A stretch of 61,560 nucleotides of DNA, counting the filler, from Sluysia triapertura (lineage: Eukaryota), in the NCBI GenBank assembly GCA_046118255.1. It is 4 parts of 4 records of this genome, joined end to end, with 100 filler letters (N's around TTAATTAATTAA, not from the genome) between each part and the next. Parts side by side here need not be neighbours in the genome. Positions count along the whole stretch, not along the records: positions 37,692 to 61,560 come from JBJNIA010200708.1; 3 more parts are not named here. One strand, 5' to 3'. The notes under the pieces were generated by a model that saw only the letters and a program-made list of their open reading frames with translations, searched no databases and had not been told where the DNA came from. The translations under genes and the position numbers were made by a program. Every line of letters starts with the position of its first letter. Position 1 is the first letter of the stretch. Below are positions 57,167 through 61,560 of this stretch, in pieces.

Positions 57167-57961
57167 TTAGCATTAAATTATATTCCTATTAAAACATGAT
57201 TATTATGATTATGATTATAGTTTCTATTATCGTTACAATGTCACTTTATTATTCCACAAACAATAGACTTAAATATTCGCACACCTTCACATCATCATAC
57301 CAAAAGAGCATTATCCTCTGTAATTCTTAACAATTAAACGCCCGCATATTTATTTTACTGCCACACGTAAACACATGGCAATCTTTAACAAATTTTAAAA
57401 ACTTAACTTCTTAGAGAAAAATCAGTATAAATTTATGACGTATTCACTTATTAAAGATATAGGTATAAAAAAGGCAAAAATTCATGGACAGTAATACAGT
57501 AATACAGTCATGCATTAATGCAAGGCCGGACGGTTAGATGTTAATAAATAATGCATCATTAATATTACCATTTTAATTTTATTGTTGCTTTTGTTATTCG
57601 AATTTTCTATTTTGAATCCTATAAACTCAACAGTTAATTCATTTCATAACAATTGCAAAGTAAATCTTTTCATATCTTTAATAATGTATTGTTAAGACAC
57701 AAACAATGCAGAGTAATATTTCGGGTTTAGTTTCATATCGAGTTTTGAAATTGGAAAACGATAAATCAGAGTCATTTTTGAACGCATTTAGATTCAACAT
57801 CTAAATGTTTCATACAATGCTCAATATGGTATGAATAATTTTCAGAATTTGAAAATATTATTTTTAGTGACGCAAACATGAATGTAGATAAGTATCGGTA
57901 AAATCTACCGATACAAATTATATAATTATATAATATAAATCTTTTCATAACACAACAAAAA

Positions 57962-57980
57962 TGGTGTCAGGAGTGGGATT
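57962..57980 (+). promoter_or_regulatory. LTR-retrotransposon primer-binding site complementary to the tRNA-Leu 3' end
   Basis: TGGTGTCAGGAGTGGGATT is the reverse complement of AATCCCACTCCTGACA-CCA (mature tRNA-Leu end including the non-encoded CCA). It lies 4 nt after an LTR-like ...TAACACAACA end. Confidence 0.85.
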
Positions 57981-57993
57981 ATTTACTTTCCGA

Positions 57994-58844
57994 TTACATG
58001 TTATATTGAAAAATATTATGGTACGAATTGTAAACACGATTCTCATTATTTTCTTTACTTTCCAATGTGTCATATTTCTGTGGAATTGTTTGGTAATCAT
58101 CTGCACAGAGTAGAGATGTGTTACCTAAGACATAATCATTTACATCGATCATAATATTAACTGAAACTGGAAATGATATTTGTATATTTTGAGATAAAAT
58201 GTAATCGTCATTACTATTTACAATAGATTCCGAATTCACTTATTCATCATAAATTTTAAAGTCTTTGGATAAATTAACACAGATATTGTTCAAGTCTGTA
58301 TTGAGGTCAATTAAATTATTTAGTATTATATCTAAGCCAGATAATTTTAGCGCATCTGAATTAACCCAAGTATTTAATAAAGGTGATCTTATATCCAGTT
58401 TGAAATGTAAATCTTTAATCGATTTTGATAATCCGCATAATGTTTCAAACATTTCAATATCTCTTAGAAGTGAATTCTCAGAATAAATACGATTCAAAAA
58501 TTTCGTATCAAGTTTTAGTGATTTAATACAGCAATTTAATGTTGATTCGTTAATAGCGTGCCGAATCCAAGTTCTACTGCAACCAACATTTGTAATAGGA
58601 TTAGATTATTATCTTCATGCATGTATTCCAAGACATCTTTGGAAATTATGCCTTTTATAACTGTCTAAAATTCATAATCAAAAACCAGCTTGGGTCTATT
58701 AATTTTTCGAAGTTGTTGATGAAGAAATACTGCTTCTATGGCAGAGCATAAATTGAATGTATGAATATAATCGGAGATTTCATGAAGATCTCGATCTTCT
58801 TTATACGTTAATATGGCTTGCATAGTTAACTCCTTTTCAATCAT
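57994..58844 (-). pseudogene. Intronless disrupted copy of a PLEKHM1-type RUN-domain gene (N-terminal part)
   Basis: LCSAIEAVFLH...EF*TVIKGII (TAG at 58665-67 replaces the conserved Trp), frameshift near 58600, then NVGCSRTWIRHAINE...YSENSLLRD...LHFKLDIRSPLLNTW...LKLSGL. Another in-frame TAA at 58240-42. Confidence 0.75.
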
Positions 58845-59070
58845 TTAATTTAACCATTAAATTATCTTTTCTGATGAAATAAAATTGTAAAATTTTATTC
58901 TTTATTAGATTAATGTTATTTTTAGTTACATGAATTTTTTAAACAAATTATACTTTTTTGCATTGGCTGTCAAATATTTTTTAGTAACTGTCTAATTTTA
59001 TACTTTCTCCGATTGGTTGTCAATTAATATTAACTGGGATTAATCAAACTGGGACAGACCAATCGTCTTG

Positions 59071-59132
59071 ATTGGTTGTTCAACCAGAGTGATAAAAATA
59101 ATGCAGAGATTCACTCTGGTTAGACAACCAGT
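59071..59132. other. Conserved 22-bp-stem hairpin / CCAAT-box palindrome, copy A
   Basis: Arms 59071-59092 and 59111-59132, 18-nt loop. The first 19 nt are identical to 61207-61225. Confidence 0.75.
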
Positions 59133-59183
59133 AATAACGCTAATAGAAAATTGATTTGAAAGTGTCTAGTAGTTAATTTCGGA

Positions 59184-59371
59184 TGTAGTTGAACTTCAAT
59201 TGTTATGAAATGAAGAATAAAATATTTTAGATGAATTTTTTAATGTAAATTGATGGTTTTGAATATCATTGTGGTTTGAATGTTGAGATTGTGGATTTAA
59301 ATTAATTTTAGTGGATGTAAAGGAGATAAAATATGATATAAAATTCTCAAAGTGATAGGTTGACCACCACA
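59184..59371. mobile_element. Short LTR-like segment (TGTAGTTG...CACCACA)
   Basis: TG/CA termini and G/T skew. The terminal 17-mer TAGGTTGACCACCACAA recurs at 60033-60049, with a variant at ~30505-30519. Confidence 0.45.
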
Positions 59372-59374
59372 AGA

Positions 59375-59951
59375 TCATTTAAGCTTTTGTTCATATTACA
59401 CGCAGGACTTGATGATGAATGTAAACTATTCAAAATTGACTCACTACTACTTCTATGAAATCGGTCTGATGTAATCGTTGAATAATTATTTTGATTAAGT
59501 CGATAAATATATATAAATATATATTTAGATTTGATATTTAGATTCAGAAGGCACACTTTGCAATCCATTAGCAATAATAGTACAATTTTTATGTACTGGA
59601 TGATATATTACTACATCTGACTTTGATGACAAAAGATACTGCTGTTTATTATGAAATTCAATAACATCTAAGACAGTAGGAAACTTATATTTCCGGTCAA
59701 TGTAATACAGCAACTGATTTTCATTTTTTTTCTGCGTCAATTTTTACTATTGAATGTATAAAAAGTTTATTCCATTTACTTATCACTATAAATTGTTTAT
59801 TTTTATCACTTGAGAAGCGAAGTAAAAATTCACCACTGGACACATTACGCTCTTCTTCATGTTTACGTTCAACTTCACCATGATACCACTTTATATTTAT
59901 CAATAAATCAATTTGCTTTTTAATTTCAGAATCAATGTCTAATATTTTCAT
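59375..59951 (-). pseudogene. Intronless, frameshifted SH2-domain gene fragment (BCAR3/SH2D3- or FES/FER-type SH2)
   Basis: WYHGEVER...SSGEFLLRFSSDKNKQFIVISKWN, frameshift in an A8 run at ~59724-31, then YKFPTVLDVIEFHNKQQYLLSSKSDVVIYHPV. A later frame reads RFHRSSSESIL. Confidence 0.7.
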
Positions 59952-60151
59952 CTAAGAATGAATATGTCTCAATCATTAAAATTTATTTCGGTATCGTTTT
60001 ATGTATAGTGTTGAATTAAAATTCTAAAATTTTAGGTTGACCACCACAAAATACAATAGAAAATGACGAGAATAAAACTAATTATTACCACAAACAAAAT
60101 TGTTATTTGTCTAATGTTTGGAATGAGAGAATTTCATATGTAGGTTAAGAA

Positions 60152-60360
60152 TGTAATGAGATTACAAATATTACATTGTTAAAATTATTAAAATTCTTGA
60201 AACTAATATTTTCTCGACTTAAATTAAATAAAGGTATTACTTTTAAAATTAATATAAAATTTATTGAAATATTAATACCTTTATTTAATTTAAGTCGAGA
60301 AAATATTAGTTTCAAGAATTTTAATAATTTTAACAATGTAATATTTATAACCTTGTTACG
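60152..60360. repeat. 209-bp near-perfect palindrome occupying the LTR position upstream of a PBS
   Basis: Perfect 74-bp arms 60166-60239 and 60273-60346 with a 33-nt spacer. Pairing extends, with G-T and A-C mismatches, out to TGTAA...TTACG. Confidence 0.95.
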
Positions 60361-60364
60361 AAAT

Positions 60365-60383
60365 TGGTGTCAGGAGTGGAATC
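60365..60383 (+). promoter_or_regulatory. Second tRNA-Leu primer-binding site
   Basis: TGGTGTCAGGAGTGGAATC; the first 15 nt are identical to 57962-57976. It lies 4 nt after the palindrome end. Confidence 0.8.
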
Positions 60384-60413
60384 TATGTTAAAACCGAGTC
60401 TTATTACATGCTG

Positions 60414-61041
60414 TTAAGCAGCGGCAAGAACTTTCTTACATAGTTGAGAGTAATCGTAAACTATACTAACAACTATTGGTGGCAAATTTAAATGTTGATT
60501 TAAATCACTAAGGTTAATACGACTCATTATATCTCTTGTTATTGAAATATTCAGTATCTTTTGAGTCATCTCAATTCTATCTTCACTACCTTCAGTTAAT
60601 TCCGTATAAGTTCGCATCATGACTTTATAAAAGGCATCATCTTTTAAATTTGCGGTTAATATTTTAACTTCCAAAGTCGAAAGACATTGAGAAAATATCC
60701 CAATAGAATTGTTAATGCTTAATCCAGCTTTGTTGCAGACACTGTTGATGAGAGTTCTCGGATTACAAACTTCGCGTGTAATTAATTTGAATATACTTTC
60801 GATGTTGTCCAGACGAGTGATGATCAGCTCTAGATTTTGACGAGTAAATTCTAAATTAGTATTATTGTTGATTTGATTTCTCGAATTATAATAAGATTCT
60901 GTTTTAGTTTCAGAATTTCTTTCGTTTTTGATCTCTAATAAAATCTTTACTTTCTATACCATGCAGAACACTGATTACATCATGGATATCTAAAATGAAC
61001 ATTCTAAGTCCACTTTCACTATGTTTAGCTAAATCGTTCAT
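60414..61041 (-). pseudogene. Disrupted intronless ORF: coiled coil plus possible DUF4806/BEN-like domain
   Basis: A ~180-codon stop-free frame 60414-~60954 (LELIITRLDNIESIFK...LKDDAFYKVMMRTYTELTEG...QKILNISITRDIMSRINLS). The nearest ATG (61041) is in another frame. The domain assignment is weak. Confidence 0.4.
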
Positions 61042-61206
61042 GTTTATATATTCCTTTATTAAATTCATCTATGTTCCATTGAGAAAATTTTGAGCCCAAA
61101 TTGTTTTAAGTTTTCACCTTAATTTTTTCTATTATATAAAAACACTAAATTTATTTTTATGAATCAATTAACTACTCTCTCAATACTGATTAGTTGTGCG
61201 TTCGTT

Positions 61207-61269
61207 ATTGGTTGTTCAACCAGAGAAGAAAACAAAAATAGCAATGCTAATTCTAGTTGGACAACCAAT
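61207..61269. other. Conserved hairpin / CCAAT-box palindrome, copy B
   Basis: Arms 61207-61225 and 61251-61269 (19 bp, one mismatch), 25-nt loop. Confidence 0.75.
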
Positions 61270-61560
61270 CAAAGTACTGCAAAGTAATTATAAAATTATT
61301 AAATTAAATGTGTCAAATCAATTAACAAAATTGGCAGTGGTTGTAATAAGTAGTGTTGATACTACTTTGTTTAATTAACTGAAGATTGCTGGCAGCTACT
61401 AAATAATGTGGTGGCACATTGACAATAATCAAAATGGCGATTTCGACAATAAAATGATTAAAATATTAATAATAAAAATCTTTTGTTAAAGAAAAAATAA
61501 ACATAAAGAAAAAAAATGATTTTAATGGATCTAAAAGAATTAAAGAATAAAAGGTTTGGA

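Noticed and set aside
57962-57980. Minus-strand tRNA-Leu gene
   Set aside because: Only the 3' ~19 nt match and they include CCA, which eukaryotic tRNA genes do not encode; this fits a PBS instead.
58240-58667. Stop-codon reassignment or readthrough to explain in-frame TAG/TAA in the RUN sequence
   Set aside because: A frameshift is also present, and the spliced exons of intact genes in the window contain no in-frame stops; pseudogenisation is simpler.
60145-60391. Two opposite-strand ORFs with identical N-termini (MLKLLKFLKL...)
   Set aside because: Trivial consequence of the DNA palindrome.
60414-60540. SOCS-box reading of LNLPPIVVSIVY
   Set aside because: The upstream BC-box (L..LC) is absent, so the resemblance is insufficient.
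1-61560. CRISPR array, operons or other prokaryotic systems
   Set aside because: The sequence is spliceosomal-intron-containing animal DNA, and no regularly spaced repeat-spacer array was seen.

Overview
This is very AT-rich, intron-containing eukaryotic (animal) scaffold DNA, not prokaryotic. It has 30-36 nt mini-introns, long TE-filled introns, many (AAT)n tracts and four N-gaps. The style resembles the orthonectid Intoshia, but that is an impression only. Genes recognised by manual splicing and translation: TMEM232-like (-, first 3 exons), SPC25 (+, intronless, apparently nested in a TMEM232 intron), a divergent MEF2 (+), UNC80 internal exons (+), malonyl-CoA decarboxylase (-, first 3 exons), FAM81 (+, first exon), an SLC4 anion-exchanger-like gene (-, 7 membrane-domain exons) and an unidentified zinc-finger gene (+). 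Mobile DNA includes L2-type LINE, mariner, Tc1, pogo/Tc2 and piggyBac remnants, a ~600-650 bp TG...CA solo-LTR-like family and two tRNA-derived elements. The most unusual part is 56.4-61.3 kb. Two units there share one layout: a hairpin-forming TG-starting LTR-like segment, 4 nt, a tRNA-Leu primer-binding site, an intronless disrupted antisense gene copy, then a conserved CCAAT-containing hairpin. The cargoes are a PLEKHM1-type RUN domain and a DUF4806-like ORF, with a BCAR3/FES-type SH2 fragment between the units and no gag/pol. This suggests a non-autonomous LTR-type element family that captures host-gene sequence, or an antisense small-RNA source locus. All family assignments are from recalled motifs, not database searches.
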